DNA of 32,000 nucleotides. Source: Demequinaceae bacterium. GTDB taxonomy: Bacteria > Actinomycetota > Actinomycetes > Actinomycetales > Demequinaceae. The position numbers were made by a program, and so were the translations under genes. How positions within the stretch are numbered: the stretch's first letter is position 1; every line of letters starts with the position of its first letter. The notes below the pieces were generated by a model, which saw only the letters and a program-made list of their open reading frames with translations, made no database searches and had not been told where the DNA came from. Location of the stretch: the NCBI GenBank assembly GCA_965250005.1, contig OZ252279.1:270001-302000 (forward strand), written 5' to 3'. This document shows, in pieces, positions 1 through 10,618 of the stretch.

Positions 1-417
1 AGATTCGAGGTCTTCGTGAACGAGCAGGGCGTATCGGTTGAGGGCGAGCGCGATGCACTTGACGACGACCCGGGCACCTTGCACTGCATCGTCTACGACG
101 GCGACGGGTGCATCGGGGCTGGTCGCCTGCTGGCTCCCGTCGCGGGTGAGAACGGTGACGATGGCAACCCGCACATCGGCCGCGTGGCAGTGTCCAAGAA
201 TGTGCGCGTGGGCGGTGTGGGCAGGATGATCATGGATTTTCTTGAGGCGGCGGCTCTCGACATGTTCGGGCACAACGGCGAAGTGCGCATCGAGTTGAGC
301 GCTCAGGATCAGGCGATCGGCTTTTACAAGAAGATCGGTTACACGGTTGTGGGCGATCCGTACCTGGACGAGGGAATCGCGCATCATGACGCCCATAAAG
401 ATTTGCGCGTCCGCTAA
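1..417 (+). CDS. GNAT-family N-acetyltransferase, C-terminal part (5' end outside window)
   Basis: Frame is open from base 1 (RFEVFVNEQGVSVEGERDALD...), typical start of GNAT 'EVFVxEQGV'; RVAVSKNVRVGGVGRMIMDFLE acetyl-CoA loop and QAIGFYKKIGYTVVGDPYLDEGIAH near the C-terminus. Confidence 0.85.
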   Translation, partial: RFEVFVNEQGVSVEGERDALDDDPGTLHCIVYDGDGCIGAGRLLAPVAGENGDDGNPHIGRVAVSKNVRVGGVGRMIMDFLEAAALDMFGHNGEVRIELSAQDQAIGFYKKIGYTVVGDPYLDEGIAHHDAHKDLRVR

Positions 418-477
418 CTCGTGACACAGCCGGGCCAGGCGCGAACGGCGTCGGCTGGCGCACCTAGAATCGAGTCC

Positions 478-3400
478 ATGCCTGGCAAGGACTTCGTCCA
501 TCTACACGTTCACACGGAATACTCCATGCTGGACGGCGCTGCCCGCCTGGACGACCTCTTCGAGGAAGCGAAATCGCTGGGCCAGAGCGCGATGGCGACC
601 ACGGACCATGGGTTCGTCTTTGGGGCCTACGATTTCTGGTCGAAGGCCAGGCGCGCCGGTATCAAGCCGGTCATCGGAGTCGAGGCCTACCTGACACCTG
701 GAACGGCCCGCGCCGACCGGACCCGCGTGAAGTGGGGGAACCAGACGCAGGCGTCGGACGATGTCTCCGCGGGCGGGGCCTACACGCACATGACGATGTG
801 GGCCAAAAACACAGCCGGCATGCACAACCTGTTCCGGATGGCGAGCCACGCGTCGCTCGAAGGCCAGTTCTACAAGCCGCGCATGGACCGCGAGTTGCTC
901 AACAACTATGGCGATGGCCTGATCGCCACCACTGGATGCCCGTCAGGAGAAGTCCAAACTCGCATGCGGCTGGGACAGTACGACGAGGCAGTGAAGGCCG
1001 CGGGCGAGTTCCAGGATGTGTTCGGGCGGGAGAGTTTCTACGTCGAACTCATGGACCACGGCATCGACATCGAGAAGCGCGTCATCGAGGACCTGTTGCA
1101 ACTCTCGAAGGACATTGGCGCTCCGCTGCTGGCAACAAATGACCTGCACTACGCGCGCAAGGGTGACGCGCACGCGCACGAAGCACTGCTGTGCGTGCAA
1201 TCCGGCAAGACCCTCGCGGACCCGGACCGCTTCAGATTTGACGGCAACGACTACTTCCTCAAGAGCGCCGAGGCAATGCGGGCCATGTGGGCCGATCACC
1301 CCGACGCGTGCGACAACACCCTGGTGGTGGCAGAGCAGTGCGACGTCGAGTTCAACACTGCCGCAGATTACATGCCTCGCTTCGAGTGCCCGGCCGGAGA
1401 AGACGAACACTCATGGTTCGTCAAGGAAGTCCAGCGCGGGCTCGCGGAGCGCTACCGTGGAGCCGTCCCGGCTCATGTGCAGGAGCGCGCAGATTTCGAG
1501 ATCGGCGTCATTTCAGACAAGGGATACCCCGGGTACTTCCTCGTAGTCGCTGACTTTGTTCGCTGGGCCAAGGACAACGGCATCCGGGTAGGGCCGGGTC
1601 GCGGCTCCGGAGCGGGCTCGATGGCCGCCTACTCCATGGGGATCACCGACCTCGACCCCATCGTCCACGGTCTGTACTTTGAGCGCTTCCTCAACCCGGA
1701 GAGGCTCTCCAAGCCCGACTTCGATATTGACTTTGACGAGCGTAGGCGCGGCGAGGTGATCCGCTACGTGAGCGACAAGTACGGCGAGGACAAAGTCGCC
1801 CAGATCGTCACGTACGGCACCATTAAAGCCAAGCAGGCGCTCAAGGACGCCGCACGTGTGCTCGGCAAGCCCTACTCGCTTGGCGAGCAGCTGACCAAGG
1901 CGTACCCGGAGCCGGTTCAGGGCCGGGACCTCGCGCTCGGCAAGGTCTACGACAAGACGGACGACCGCTACTCCGAGGGCGGCGACTTCCGCACCCTTGT
2001 GGACGCGGACCCTGACGCAAAAGAGACCGTCAAACTGGCGCGGGGACTCGAGGGCCTCAAGCGCCAGTGGGGCGTTCACGCGGCCGGCGTCATCATGTCG
2101 GACACGCCGCTCATCGACATCATTCCGATCATGCGGCGCGAGCAGGACGGCGCGGTGATCACGCAATTCGACTACCCGACGTGCGAGGCGCTTGGTCTTA
2201 TCAAGATGGACTTCCTCGGGCTACGAACGCTAACGCTTTTGGACGACGCGCTCGAAAACATCGTGAGCAACGGCAAAGAACCGATCGTGCTTGAGGACCT
2301 CGAACTCGAGGACCAGGCGACGTTCGACATGCTCGCTCGCGGCGACACGCTGGGCGTGTTCCAGCTCGATGGCGTCGCGATGCGCTCGTTGCTACGGCAG
2401 CTGAAGCCCGACTCCTTTGAGGATATTTCTGCTGTGCTCGCGCTCTACCGCCCGGGTCCGATGGGCGTGAACTCGCACATCAACTACGCGGAGCGCAAGA
2501 ACGGCCGCCAGCGGGTTGACTACATCCACCCCGAGCTCGAGGCTCCCCTCAAGGAGGTTCTCGAGGTCACTTACGGGCTGATCGTCTATCAAGAGCAAGT
2601 TCAGCGCGTCGCGCAGATTGTTGCCGGATACAGCCTGGGCGCGGCAGACAACCTGCGCCGCGCCATGGGAAAAAAGAAGAAGGAGGTCCTCGACAAAGAG
2701 TTCGAGCCCTTCAGCGCGGGAATGCGCGAACGCGGCTACTCGGACGCAGCGATCGACGACCTCTGGAAGACCCTTGTTCCTTTCGCTGATTACGCCTTCA
2801 ACAAGGCGCACACTGCCTCGTATGGAGTCCTGAGTTTCTGGACCGGGTACCTCAAGGCCCACTATCCCACGGAATTCATGGCGGCGCTGCTGACGTCCGT
2901 GGGGGCGGACAAGGACAAGTCCGCCATCTATCTTGCGGAATGCCGCCGCATGGGCACAACGGTGCTCCCGCCGGACGTGAATTCGTCGGGCGCGCACTTC
3001 GGGGCCGTGGGCGACGACATCCGGTTCGGGCTCACGGCTGTCCGCAACGTGGGTTCCAACGTTGTTGCGGAGATCGTCAAGGCGCGCGAAGCCAAGGGCG
3101 CGTTCACGTCTTTCTCGGACTTCCTCGACAAGGTTTCCGCAAGCGTGTGCAACAAGCGCACAGTGGATTCCCTGGTGAAGGCGGGCGCTTTTGACTCGCT
3201 CGGCCACGCACGGCGCGCTCTGAACGCGGTCCACGAGCGTGCCGTCGACTCCGTGGTTGGTGTCAAGCGCCAGGAGGCCACCGGACAGTTCGATCTCTTT
3301 GGAGGCGACGTGGACCTAGGGGCGGGTGTCAAGGTTGAGGTCCCTGACCTCGAGGAGTGGGACAAGAATACGCTGTTGACATTCGAGCGGGACATGCTGG

Positions 3401-3999
3401 GGTTGTACGTCTCGGACCACCCGCTGAGCGGGATCGAGGTGGCACTGCGCTCACAGGCCACCCACCAGGTGTTGTCTGCGACTCCGACGAACGGGATTGG
3501 CGAGGGCGACATGATCACGTTCGCGGGCCTCGTGACGCGTGTCGACCGACGGGTGGCTAAGTCCGGCAATGCCTACGGCATCGTCACGCTCGAGGACATG
3601 ACGGGCGAGATCGAGATCTCGTTCTTTGGCAAGACGTTCGTCAAGCACGACCGTGATCTGGCCGACGACGCCGTGCTCGCGATCAAAGTTCGGGTCCGTG
3701 AGCGTGGCGAGGGCGCGCTTCAGTTCTCCGCTGTCGATGTCAACGTGCCCAACTTGAATGTCGAGGACACATCGCCGCTCGCGATCACCTTGCCTGCGAG
3801 CCGGGTCACGCCGCCGCTTGTGGAGCAGGTTAAGGAGATTCTGGGCGCGCACCCTGGAACCATCGAGGTCCGGATGGTGCTGACCGGCCAGGAGAAGCCA
3901 CTCACGATGCGCTTGGGTGACGAGTTTCGGGTGTCGCGGTCAAGTGCGCTGTACGGCGACCTGAAGGCCGCGTTCGGCCCGGCGTGCCTCGCTAACTAG
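478..3999 (+). CDS. dnaE: DNA polymerase III subunit alpha
   Basis: PHP domain HLHVHTEYSMLDGAARL, PDFDIDFDERRRGEVIRYV, GPGRGSGAGSMAAY, YQEQVQRVAQIVAGYSLGAADNLRRAMGKKK; start ATG at 478 (MPGKDFVHLHVHTEYS) chosen over the upstream GTG at 421. Confidence 0.97.
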   Translation: MPGKDFVHLHVHTEYSMLDGAARLDDLFEEAKSLGQSAMATTDHGFVFGAYDFWSKARRAGIKPVIGVEAYLTPGTARADRTRVKWGNQTQASDDVSAGGAYTHMTMWAKNTAGMHNLFRMASHASLEGQFYKPRMDRELLNNYGDGLIATTGCPSGEVQTRMRLGQYDEAVKAAGEFQDVFGRESFYVELMDHGIDIEKRVIEDLLQLSKDIGAPLLATNDLHYARKGDAHAHEALLCVQSGKTLADPDRFRFDGNDYFLKSAEAMRAMWADHPDACDNTLVVAEQCDVEFNTAADYMPRFECPAGEDEHSWFVKEVQRGLAERYRGAVPAHVQERADFEIGVISDKGYPGYFLVVADFVRWAKDNGIRVGPGRGSGAGSMAAYSMGITDLDPIVHGLYFERFLNPERLSKPDFDIDFDERRRGEVIRYVSDKYGEDKVAQIVTYGTIKAKQALKDAARVLGKPYSLGEQLTKAYPEPVQGRDLALGKVYDKTDDRYSEGGDFRTLVDADPDAKETVKLARGLEGLKRQWGVHAAGVIMSDTPLIDIIPIMRREQDGAVITQFDYPTCEALGLIKMDFLGLRTLTLLDDALENIVSNGKEPIVLEDLELEDQATFDMLARGDTLGVFQLDGVAMRSLLRQLKPDSFEDISAVLALYRPGPMGVNSHINYAERKNGRQRVDYIHPELEAPLKEVLEVTYGLIVYQEQVQRVAQIVAGYSLGAADNLRRAMGKKKKEVLDKEFEPFSAGMRERGYSDAAIDDLWKTLVPFADYAFNKAHTASYGVLSFWTGYLKAHYPTEFMAALLTSVGADKDKSAIYLAECRRMGTTVLPPDVNSSGAHFGAVGDDIRFGLTAVRNVGSNVVAEIVKAREAKGAFTSFSDFLDKVSASVCNKRTVDSLVKAGAFDSLGHARRALNAVHERAVDSVVGVKRQEATGQFDLFGGDVDLGAGVKVEVPDLEEWDKNTLLTFERDMLGLYVSDHPLSGIEVALRSQATHQVLSATPTNGIGEGDMITFAGLVTRVDRRVAKSGNAYGIVTLEDMTGEIEISFFGKTFVKHDRDLADDAVLAIKVRVRERGEGALQFSAVDVNVPNLNVEDTSPLAITLPASRVTPPLVEQVKEILGAHPGTIEVRMVLTGQEKPLTMRLGDEFRVSRSSALYGDLKAAFGPACLAN

Positions 4000-4072
4000 C
4001 GCGAGCGTTGTTGTGGCTGTCCGATGAATGGTGTCGGCGCGGGGACCACAGCGGCGCCGATAGACTCGTCGC

Positions 4073-5395
4073 GTGCTCAATCGTCACGACCTCAGAGGCC
4101 GAAAGCTGACCGCCCGCGAACTGCGCGACGCGGTCCCGCGTGCCCAGGAAGACATCAACACCGCAATGGACGTCGTCCAGCCAATCATCGCCGACGTGCG
4201 GCTTCGCGGCGGCGAGGCTCTGCGAGAGTTGGCGCTGCGCTTCGACGGTGTGGTGCCGATGTCGCTGCGTGTGCCAGCGGAGGCCATCACCGCCGCCCTT
4301 GAGACGCTCGATCCAGCGGTTCGCGCCGCGCTCGAAGAGGCGATTGTGCGAGTCAAGGCCTTCCACGAAGCCACTGTCCCGCCGCCGGTGACGGTCGAAC
4401 TCGCGCCGGGCGCCAGCGTGTCCCAGCGGTGGATTCCCGTGCGCCGGGTGGGCCTCTACGTGCCGGGTGGACTCGCCGTTTACCCCAGCTCCGTCGTCAT
4501 GAACGTGGTGGCCGCTCAGGCCGCAGGCGTCGCATCGATCGCCGTGTCAACACCGCCTCAGTCCGATAATGACGGCCTTCCCAATCCAACGATTCTCGCG
4601 GCGTGCGCACTGCTGGGCGTGGACGAGGTCTACGCGGTGGGCGGGGCGCAGGCCATCGGCATGCTAGCGTTCGGCGCTGATGACGGGGGAGCGCCACTGT
4701 GCGAGCCCGTTGACGTGATTACGGGCCCCGGCAATCGGTTTGTTGCGGCCGCCAAGCGCGCAGTTCAGGGAATCGTTGGGATCGACGCCGAAGCCGGGCC
4801 GACGGAGATAGCGGTGGTCGCCGACGCATCGGCTGACGCGGACTACATCGCCGCTGATTTGGTCTCTCAGGCGGAGCACGACCCGCTCGCGGGTTCGGTG
4901 CTCATCACCGACTCCGAGGAGCTCGCGGACGCTGTCGAGGCCGCGGTCGACGCGCGCGTTGGCGCGACCAGGCACGCCGTGCGCGTGAAGGAAGCGCTCA
5001 GCGGCAACCAGAGCGCAATTGTCCTCACGGGCGGGATTGATCAGTCGCTTGAAGTTGCGAACGCCTATGGCGCCGAGCACCTAGAGATCCACACTGCGAA
5101 CGCTGGCGACGACGCAACCCGCGTAACAAGCGCGGGCGCGATCTTTGTGGGGCCGCACTCGCCGGTGTCGCTTGGTGACTATATTGCTGGCTCCAACCAC
5201 GTCCTTCCAACGGGGGGAAGCGCGCGCTTCGCTTCGGGATTAAACACCACATCGTTCCTCAAAGCCGTCTCGGTGGTCGAGTACGGCGCGGAGGCGCTCG
5301 ACGCCGTCGCGGACAAAATCAGTGCCCTGGCCGACGCTGAAAACCTGCCCGCCCACGGCGAGGCGGTGCGGGCACGGCGAGGCGAGCGCCCGTAG
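4073..5395 (+). CDS. hisD: histidinol dehydrogenase
   Basis: Full-length 440 aa; WIPVRRVGLYVPGGLAVYPSSVVMNVVAAQAAGV, DVITGPGNRFVAAAKR, GPTEIAVVAD, EHLEIHT, SAGAIFVGPHSPVSLGDYIAGSNHVLPTGG. Confidence 0.96.
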   Translation: MLNRHDLRGRKLTARELRDAVPRAQEDINTAMDVVQPIIADVRLRGGEALRELALRFDGVVPMSLRVPAEAITAALETLDPAVRAALEEAIVRVKAFHEATVPPPVTVELAPGASVSQRWIPVRRVGLYVPGGLAVYPSSVVMNVVAAQAAGVASIAVSTPPQSDNDGLPNPTILAACALLGVDEVYAVGGAQAIGMLAFGADDGGAPLCEPVDVITGPGNRFVAAAKRAVQGIVGIDAEAGPTEIAVVADASADADYIAADLVSQAEHDPLAGSVLITDSEELADAVEAAVDARVGATRHAVRVKEALSGNQSAIVLTGGIDQSLEVANAYGAEHLEIHTANAGDDATRVTSAGAIFVGPHSPVSLGDYIAGSNHVLPTGGSARFASGLNTTSFLKAVSVVEYGAEALDAVADKISALADAENLPAHGEAVRARRGERP

Positions 5396-5421
5396 CTCTG
5401 CGCTCTCAATAGGATGAGCGT

Positions 5422-6516
5422 ATGGACCTGCCGCTGCGCCCCGAGTTCCAGGGCGTGCACCCGTATGGTGCACCCCAGCTCGACGTTGCCGCGCGGCTGA
5501 ACGTCAACGAGAATCCGTACGCGCCGCCCCCGTCCGTAGTGGACGCAATTGCCAAGGCAGTTCACAATGCAGCGGAGGGCCTCAACCGGTACCCCGACCG
5601 TGACGCGGTCCAACTCAGAACCGATTTGGCGGAGTACCTTGAGCACGAGTCGCACGCGAGCGAACTCTCATTCGAGAACATCTGGCCAGCCAACGGGTCC
5701 AATGAGGTAATGCTGCACCTGCACCAGGCCTTTGGCGGTCCGGGCCGCAAAGTGCTGACGTTCACGCCCACCTACTCGATGTACCCCGAGTACGCGCGCG
5801 ACACTTTCACCGAGTTCGAGACCCTGCCGCGCCGCGAGGACTTCACCGTTGACGTGGGCGAAGCGATCGCGTATATCAACACGATCCGCCCCACACTGGT
5901 GCTCCTTGCGAGCCCAAACAACCCCACCGGTACCGCGCTGCCGCTTGACGACGCGCGCGCCCTGTGCGCCGCGGCCGCAGAGGTGCCCGGCGGCTGCGTC
6001 GTGGTGGTCGACGAGGCCTACGCGGAGTTTCGTCGCCAAGGGGTGCCCAGCGCGGTCACACTCCTCGAAGAATTCCCCAACCTTGCGGTGTGCCGCACTA
6101 TGTCCAAGGCCTTCGCGCTTGCTGGCGGGAGGCTTGGGTACCTCGCCGCGAGCACTGAAGTTGTTGACGCTTTGCGCGTCGTCCGCCTTCCGTATCACTT
6201 GAGTGGGGTTACGCAGGCCGTAGCGCGAGCGGCGCTCGGCCACGCGCGAGACCTGCAGGCGCAGGTGGATGAGGTTCGCGCCGAGCGTGATGAGACGGTC
6301 GCATGGCTACGCGCGCGCGGCCACACGGTCGCGGACACGGACGCCAACTTCGCGTTGTTTGGCCCGTTCGAGGATCGTGAGAAGGCGTTTTCAGAGTTGC
6401 TTGACCGTGGCGTGCTGATCCGCGTTGTCGGTCCTGACGGATGGTTGCGCGTGTCGATCGGCACGCCGCAGGAAATGGCGCAGTTCCGCGCCGCCCTAGA
6501 AGAGGTGACCGCATGA
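5422..6516 (+). CDS. hisC: histidinol-phosphate aminotransferase
   Basis: [73 protein letters not shown]. Confidence 0.95.
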   Translation: MDLPLRPEFQGVHPYGAPQLDVAARLNVNENPYAPPPSVVDAIAKAVHNAAEGLNRYPDRDAVQLRTDLAEYLEHESHASELSFENIWPANGSNEVMLHLHQAFGGPGRKVLTFTPTYSMYPEYARDTFTEFETLPRREDFTVDVGEAIAYINTIRPTLVLLASPNNPTGTALPLDDARALCAAAAEVPGGCVVVVDEAYAEFRRQGVPSAVTLLEEFPNLAVCRTMSKAFALAGGRLGYLAASTEVVDALRVVRLPYHLSGVTQAVARAALGHARDLQAQVDEVRAERDETVAWLRARGHTVADTDANFALFGPFEDREKAFSELLDRGVLIRVVGPDGWLRVSIGTPQEMAQFRAALEEVTA

Positions 6517-7112
6517 CCCGCACGGGCCGCATCGAGCGCAAAACGTCCGAGTCCGAGGTGCTGGTCGAGCTCGACCTCGACGGCTCCGGCAAGACCACCA
6601 TCGACACCGGCGTGCCGTTCTACGACCACATGCTCACCGCACTCGGCAAGCACTCCCTCATGGATCTCACCGTTAAGGCGAAGGGCGATGTCGAGATCGA
6701 CTCGCACCACACCGTAGAGGACGTCGCGATATGCATCGGCGACGCTCTCAAGGAGGCGCTCGGGGACAAGGTTGGCATCTCCCGCTTTGGCGACGCGCTG
6801 GTGCCGTTGGACGAGTCGCTCGCCCAGTGCGTCGTGGACGTATCCGGTCGCCCGTACTTTGTTCACATGGGCGAGCCCGTCGGCCAAGCCACACACCTCA
6901 TCGGCGGAAACTTCGCCGGGTCGCTCACGGGCCACGTGCTCGAGTCGATCGCGCATCACGCCGGGATTTGCGTGCACATGCGTGTGATTGCGGGCCGCGA
7001 CCCGCACCACATTGTCGAAGCCCAGTTCAAGGCGCTCGCTCGCGCCCTCCGGGCCGCCGTCGCGCCAGACGAGCGCGTCACGGGCATCCCGAGCACCAAG
7101 GGTGCGCTGTGA
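6513..7112 (+). CDS. hisB: imidazoleglycerol-phosphate dehydratase
   Basis: [59 protein letters not shown]...[14 protein letters not shown]; ATG overlaps the hisC stop (ATGA). Confidence 0.96.
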   Translation: MTRTGRIERKTSESEVLVELDLDGSGKTTIDTGVPFYDHMLTALGKHSLMDLTVKAKGDVEIDSHHTVEDVAICIGDALKEALGDKVGISRFGDALVPLDESLAQCVVDVSGRPYFVHMGEPVGQATHLIGGNFAGSLTGHVLESIAHHAGICVHMRVIAGRDPHHIVEAQFKALARALRAAVAPDERVTGIPSTKGAL

Positions 7113-7594
7113 GCGACCAGGCGCCCTCCGAGCCGCACCTCGAGCGCGACACGGTCGCAATGCTCACCCCGATCCCCAACGGCAAGGTCCTCGCCGCCAT
7201 CTGCGGAATCAACAAGATTTACGCCAAGGTGATTGAGACGCCTGCCGGCGCGTTCGCGGTGCTCGACGACTCGTCCGAGAGCGCTTGCGATGACGCGGCA
7301 GCGGCTATCTCGATGTTCGTCAAGGACCGGCCGATGCTCGCGATGGAGCGGCGCGACGGGCAGATTTCGATTCGTCAGTGGCTTGGGGGCGCCAAGGGGT
7401 CGCCGGTGTCACCTGGATTGGCGCTCGACAAGGCGCCCAACTCCATCACGAGGCTGATGACAGGTACACGGACCATCGAGCAGCTCGCCGCCGATCACCC
7501 AGAGATGGTCCACGCGGGCCACACGACGCGCTGGGGCGCGTTCTGGGCGCTCCGCAGGCTCTCGGCGCAAGCCAAGCGCGAGCAGCGAGACTAA
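7109..7594 (+). CDS. hypothetical protein of the his gene cluster
   Basis: GTG start overlapping hisB stop (GTGA at 7109-7112); 161 aa [41 protein letters not shown]...; co-directional and apparently coupled. Confidence 0.7.
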   Translation: MSDQAPSEPHLERDTVAMLTPIPNGKVLAAICGINKIYAKVIETPAGAFAVLDDSSESACDDAAAAISMFVKDRPMLAMERRDGQISIRQWLGGAKGSPVSPGLALDKAPNSITRLMTGTRTIEQLAADHPEMVHAGHTTRWGAFWALRRLSAQAKREQRD

Positions 7595-7602
7595 GCCCGC
7601 AT

Positions 7603-7631
7603 GGCGGATCAGCCAGCGGGTTCGATCCGCC
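7603..7631. terminator. possible bidirectional terminator / hairpin between convergent genes
   Basis: Inverted repeat GGCGGATC (7603-7610) / GATCCGCC (7624-7631), 8-bp stem with 13-nt loop, between convergent stops; no U-tract. Confidence 0.35.
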
Positions 7632-7649
7632 CGCCCGCCCGCCGCCTGC

Positions 7650-9098
7650 CTAGGCCGAATGCTCGGCCAGGCAAGCGTCCAAGTTCTTCTTTGCCGCAGC
7701 CTCGGTAGCCTTCGCTTCCTTGAGGTTTTCCTGACGCTCCGCGAGGCGCGCCTTGACGTCGGGGAGTTTGGCAGTCTCATCCTTGATCCGCTTGTCGACG
7801 CTCGCGGCGATGTCCTTGAGGTCCGCGACCTTGATGAGCTCGCCGTCGAGTTTTGCGAACTGCACGCCGCCCGAGGTCCCGACAGACGGGCCCTTCCGTG
7901 CATCGGCGAGGTCCTTCTTGCGTGCCTTGAGGTCCGCGATGCGGCCCTCTTGAGCGGCCACGTTCGCCTTGGCCGTCGCCACTAGGTCTGCGCGGCCCTT
8001 TGCGATCTTCTTGGCGGACGCCCACGCTTTGCGCTTGGGCTCGCATTCTCTCGGGGTTGAGGCACCGCCACTGCCGCGCTTCTTCCAAACAAACCACACG
8101 ATCGCCACGATGATGGCGAGCAGGAGTAGCCAACCGAATATCGAACTGCCACTGCCGTCCGACGAGGCGCCGCCTTCGGACTTGCCGCCGTTCGACGCGT
8201 TGTCGTCCGCATCCGTGTCATCGTCCGAGGATTCGGTTCCGGATATCTCAAGAGTGATGGTGTCGCCCATGTGATAAAGATCCGTGGCCGTGCGCGGCAC
8301 GCTCGGATAGGCCGTGACGATGGACTCGCAGGTGTTGCAGTCTCCGTACTCACCGGCGTGCGTGTGCGAAGCGAATCCGTAGGTCCAGTCGGTGCCGCCG
8401 TACGACGCGAGGGCCTTGGTGTCGACCGCAGCTACCACCCAGTCGTCCGCAACGTAGACGGCGCCGTCGAACGCGAGCTCATCAACGCTGCTTTCCGTTT
8501 TCACAAGCGCAAAATCGAGCGGCAAGCCTCCTGCCTCGATCGTGCTCGCGACGAGTGATCCGCCCTGCCAGGTGTCCCCGGGGAACGCCGCGTCCGCGAT
8601 CCACCCGGTCATGCCGGGAAACCCGATGACAAAGTCAATCTGCGACGTCAGCGAGGGAACAGAGGCGCCGCGCGATGTTGGCATTGCGCGCGACGCGATG
8701 AAGAAGGCATATTCGTTCGTGTCGACCACGCCGTGGCCGGCGATGGTGGTGAGAGTCGCCTCGTTCTCGAGCGCGTTGACGAGCGACGCGTATCCTGCGG
8801 CTCCGGGCCGGATGACCGCGGCTCCGATGTAGTCGGGCGTCGCACCAGGGTTCGTGTCGCGGGGGAGAGTCGCCACTCCTCTGGGGTTGTCGCCGTAGCG
8901 GAACGACTGCACGTCCGGCACCGTCTGCAGGAGATCGGTGATGTCCTGTACTACGCCGTCGCTGATATCCGCTCGGGAGATCACCTGGATCGCCACGGGA
9001 AGGTCCTGGACCGAGGCGGTCGCGGCGGTTGTCACCGCAGCGGATGCGACCAGCGTCCCGGCCAGCGATGCGGCGATTACAAGTGCGAGCTTCTTCAT
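7650..9098 (-). CDS. secreted/membrane-anchored hypothetical protein with C-terminal TM and coiled coil
   Basis: MKKLALVIAASLAGTLVASAAVTTAATA signal peptide after GGGGAGG RBS; acidic/Gly/Ser linker; TM SIFGWLLLLAIIVAIVWFVW then KKRG; Lys/Ala-rich coiled-coil tail. The upstream part of the 7650-9620 ORF is antisense to hisH and is excluded. Confidence 0.75.
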   Translation of the reverse strand: MKKLALVIAASLAGTLVASAAVTTAATASVQDLPVAIQVISRADISDGVVQDITDLLQTVPDVQSFRYGDNPRGVATLPRDTNPGATPDYIGAAVIRPGAAGYASLVNALENEATLTTIAGHGVVDTNEYAFFIASRAMPTSRGASVPSLTSQIDFVIGFPGMTGWIADAAFPGDTWQGGSLVASTIEAGGLPLDFALVKTESSVDELAFDGAVYVADDWVVAAVDTKALASYGGTDWTYGFASHTHAGEYGDCNTCESIVTAYPSVPRTATDLYHMGDTITLEISGTESSDDDTDADDNASNGGKSEGGASSDGSGSSIFGWLLLLAIIVAIVWFVWKKRGSGGASTPRECEPKRKAWASAKKIAKGRADLVATAKANVAAQEGRIADLKARKKDLADARKGPSVGTSGGVQFAKLDGELIKVADLKDIAASVDKRIKDETAKLPDVKARLAERQENLKEAKATEAAAKKNLDACLAEHSA

Positions 9099-9125
9099 CG
9101 GCCCTCCCCAGCGTGAGTTTCTGCG

Positions 9126-9155
9126 AACGTACCAGCTACTACGGCGGGACGCCAA
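9126..9155 (-). promoter_or_regulatory. candidate sigma70-like promoter for the 9098-start gene
   Basis: On the minus strand TTGGCG - 18 nt - TACGTT, located about 28 nt upstream of the start codon, with GGGGAGGG just before ATG. Confidence 0.25.
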
Positions 9156-9179
9156 TGCGCGCGCCCCTAGAATTGACCC

Positions 9180-9836
9180 GTGGCTTCCCCCCTTGTATGC
9201 GTGCTTGACTATGGCTTTGGCAATGTCCGGAGCGCTGTCCGTGCGCTCGAGGAGGTAGAGGCGAAGGTGGTGTTGACCGCCGACCGCGACACCGCCCAGA
9301 ACTCGGACGGCCTGGTGGTTCCCGGCGTAGGCGCCTTCGCGGCCGTGATGGAGGGCCTCAAGAACGTTCGCGGAGATCAAATCGTGGAGCGCAGGCTTTC
9401 GGGGGGCCGGCCGGTCCTTGGGATCTGCGTTGGCCTCCAGGTGATGTTTACCGAGGGCGTAGAGCACGGCAAGGTGACCGCTGGGCTCAACCAGTGGCCC
9501 GGCGTCGTTGACCGGCTGGAGGCGCCGGTGGTGCCCAACATGGGCTGGGCCACGGTCGCCCCGCCCGAGGGTTCGCGGATCTTTGCGGGCGTCGAGGCGG
9601 AGCGCTTCTACTTTGTTCACTCGTACGCGGCGCAGACCTTCGCGCTTGGCACGACTGAAGACACAGGGCGCTTGACGCCGCCGCTCGTCACGTGGTCGGA
9701 CGCAGGCACGTTGGACTCGCCTGAGCGCTTCGTGGCTGCAGTCGAGAACGGCCCGCTATCGGCCACACAATTTCACCCTGAGAAGTCCGGGGAAGCAGGC
9801 CTGCGGCTACTTCGCAATTGGGTCGGTACCCTATAG
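9180..9836 (+). CDS. hisH: imidazole glycerol phosphate synthase subunit HisH
   Basis: [50 protein letters not shown] (class I glutamine amidotransferase Cys), [18 protein letters not shown]. Confidence 0.96.
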   Translation: MASPLVCVLDYGFGNVRSAVRALEEVEAKVVLTADRDTAQNSDGLVVPGVGAFAAVMEGLKNVRGDQIVERRLSGGRPVLGICVGLQVMFTEGVEHGKVTAGLNQWPGVVDRLEAPVVPNMGWATVAPPEGSRIFAGVEAERFYFVHSYAAQTFALGTTEDTGRLTPPLVTWSDAGTLDSPERFVAAVENGPLSATQFHPEKSGEAGLRLLRNWVGTL

Positions 9837-9869
9837 GTGGCCGCCTGGCGCCCCACCAAGGAGATTGAG

Positions 9870-10616
9870 TTGATCGACACCCCCCGCCTGGAACTGCTGC
9901 CCGCTGTTGATGTCGCCGATGGCCAAGCCGTCCGGCTTGTTCAGGGCGAACTCGGTTCGGAGACGTCCTACGGTGACCCGCTCGCTGCTGCCCTCGATTG
10001 GCAGAACGGCGGTGCCGAATGGATCCACCTGGTGGATCTGGACGCCGCGTTCGGCAAGGGCTCCAACGCGGAGCTTCTCGCCTCGGTGGTGGCGACGCTC
10101 GACACCCAGGTGGAGTTGTCCGGCGGTATCCGAGACGACGCCTCGCTCGAGAGCGCCATGGCGACCGGCTGCCGGCGCGTGAACCTCGGCACAGCGGCCC
10201 TCGAAAACCCGGGGTGGACCGGATCGGCCATTGATCGCTATGGCGACCGCGTGGCCGTGGGGCTGGATGTGCGCGGAACAACGCTAGCGGCGCGCGGTTG
10301 GACCAAAGACGGCGGCGACCTGTGGGAGGTGCTTGCGCGCCTCGACGCCGCAGGGTGCTCGCGTTACGTGGTGACCGATGTCAAGAAAGACGGCATGCTC
10401 ACCGGACCCAACCTCGAGCTCCTCACGCAGGTGTGCGCTGCGACGGACGCGCCTGTGATCGCATCGGGCGGTGTCAGCTCGCTTGACGACATTGCCGCAC
10501 TGCGCGCCCTCACCGGGATCGGAGTCGAGGGCGCAATCGTGGGCAAGGCGCTGTACAACGGAAACTTCACGCTGCCCGAGGCGCTCGACATCGCGGGCCG
10601 GCCGGAACAGGCGTAG
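9870..10616 (+). CDS. priA: phosphoribosyl isomerase / HisA-family (PriA in Actinobacteria)
   Basis: [91 protein letters not shown]; TTG start at 9870 preceded by AAGGAG. Bifunctional PriA assignment is by actinobacterial convention. Confidence 0.9.
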   Translation: MIDTPRLELLPAVDVADGQAVRLVQGELGSETSYGDPLAAALDWQNGGAEWIHLVDLDAAFGKGSNAELLASVVATLDTQVELSGGIRDDASLESAMATGCRRVNLGTAALENPGWTGSAIDRYGDRVAVGLDVRGTTLAARGWTKDGGDLWEVLARLDAAGCSRYVVTDVKKDGMLTGPNLELLTQVCAATDAPVIASGGVSSLDDIAALRALTGIGVEGAIVGKALYNGNFTLPEALDIAGRPEQA

Positions 10617-10618
10617 CG

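Noticed and set aside
1513-2166. 217-aa minus-strand ORF inside dnaE
   Set aside because: Antisense to a confidently identified dnaE; high-GC third-position bias produces long shadow ORFs.
6195-7160. 321-aa minus-strand ORF over hisC/hisB
   Set aside because: Fully antisense to hisC and hisB, Arg/Ala-rich translation with no domain-like pattern.
7624-7650. CCCGCCCGCCCGCC short tandem tract as a possible repeat element
   Set aside because: Only a few 4-nt units in a GC-rich spacer; best explained as composition near a putative terminator.
9099-9620. N-terminal extension of the 656-aa minus-strand ORF
   Set aside because: Overlaps hisH; a signal peptide with a strong RBS at 9098 marks the true start.
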